The notes under the pieces are model-generated. The model saw only the letters and a program-made list of their open reading frames with translations. It had not been told where the DNA came from and ran no database searches. 38,790 bases of DNA from Nemertoderma westbladi (Eukaryota; Animalia; Xenacoelomorpha): assembly GCA_032718475.1 (NCBI GenBank), contig JAUCBJ010005291.1, positions 1 to 38,790 of the forward strand. Reading direction: 5' to 3'. Position numbers and translations under genes: made by a program. How positions within the stretch are numbered: position 1 is the first letter of the stretch; each line of letters opens with the position of its first letter. This document shows, piece by piece, positions 37,752-38,790 of this stretch.

Positions 37752-38469
37752 TCAAGGATACCGGTTCGCCCCCGCCCTCAACTAAACGCGCACATTTTAC
37801 CAACTCCACCCAACATACAATTCTGCCAATTGTGCCACAATATTCCCCTTCCCGTTTGTGCCACCCTGCGCCGCCGTACTACTGTGCCTCCCGCTAACTG
37901 GCCGGACTTTTCTCCAACCAGTTTATCATAAACTATTTACCAGTTATTTAGTATAGCCACGTGATAAATATCAGTGTAGGCCCTATAGGTGTTATAATCA
38001 GTTGAGTCGCTTTTGGTATTACAGTCGTAATTAGCGTTCATGTGTGACTTAATCGCCTTCCGGATTCCCGCTGTATAAAACGCAGGTGCAGCTCGTTGTG
38101 TCGTAGATTAACTACACCGAGTTCGTGAACGTTCTACATCCACAGTAGTATAACCAGCAAACATAAAAATATATATCGCGCATGTAATGTCATGAGAAAT
38201 TGTCAACATAAAACAACGAACCCGAAAGCGTGGTAGTTCCTAGGGTTAGTTAGGTTGCAATAATATCGTAATAGGGGTATTTTTAAACAAAAAATACATT
38301 AAACGAAATTCACGTATATACAGTAGTATTATATGTAGACCTACATATAAAGTATCAGGTACGTATCCTTTAAAGACCATATAACACAAAAAGCAAATCC
38401 TGTTATTACTTCAGTATACCCCTATACTAATATATAATGCATATGGTGCAAAGCATGTAGGACCAGGAA

Positions 38470-38790
38470 CCAAGCTGTAACGTGGCTGAATGTCCATCCT
38501 GATATATTTTATATATTTGTTCCTAAGTTGTAAGGACAAGTAAATGACTGCATTAGAGCAGCACATCAACATGCTCCATTGTTTCACGGAAAAGTTCCAT
38601 CTTTAAAGAACTGCGCATCTCGGCTTACTGCAGATCCCGGACAGCTTGTTAATGGTAGACCAAACTTTCCTGATGTGGAGGTCTTCTGACCAACTTGGTA
38701 TCCGCGGCCCCAGATACAATGATAATGCACACCGATCATGCATATGTACAGTGTGTTTGGTGCCATGCCATGTCAGCTGCAAAGGCAATT
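38470..38790 (-). pseudogene. Highly decayed RTE-like LINE RT fragment running off the window end
   Basis: Minus-strand frames give IAFAADMA (FADD-like), YLGPRIPSWSEDLHIRKVWSTINKLSGI and LKMELFRETMEHVDVLL*, colinear with the motifs of the 33-35 kb LINE. Confidence 0.65.

Noticed and set aside
37659-37931. Proline-rich ORFs (also 7641-7829)
   Set aside because: Artefacts of poly-C tracts with non-ATG starts.

Overview
AT-rich eukaryotic DNA, most likely an invertebrate animal (the organism cannot be fixed from sequence alone). It has two intact, intron-free housekeeping genes on the + strand: an ABCB9/TAPL-like half ABC transporter (3043-5493) and the DEAH helicase DHX15/Prp43 (26613-28742). 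The rest is a dense mosaic of mobile DNA: several non-autonomous hAT-type elements with 8-bp TSDs, Harbinger-like MITEs, a 6.2-kb Mutator/foldback-type element holding several layers of nested insertions, the 3' half of a Gypsy LTR retrotransposon, RTE-like and CR1-like LINE relics, tRNA-derived SINE-like heads, Helitron-like ends and several tandem arrays. The most notable structure is a 374-bp element at 32096-32469. Its ~89-bp inverted arms enclose, on the minus strand, a tRNA-like Pol III head fused directly to a type I hammerhead ribozyme with an intact core (retrozyme/Penelope-like architecture). All family assignments come from reading motifs by eye; no database searches were run.
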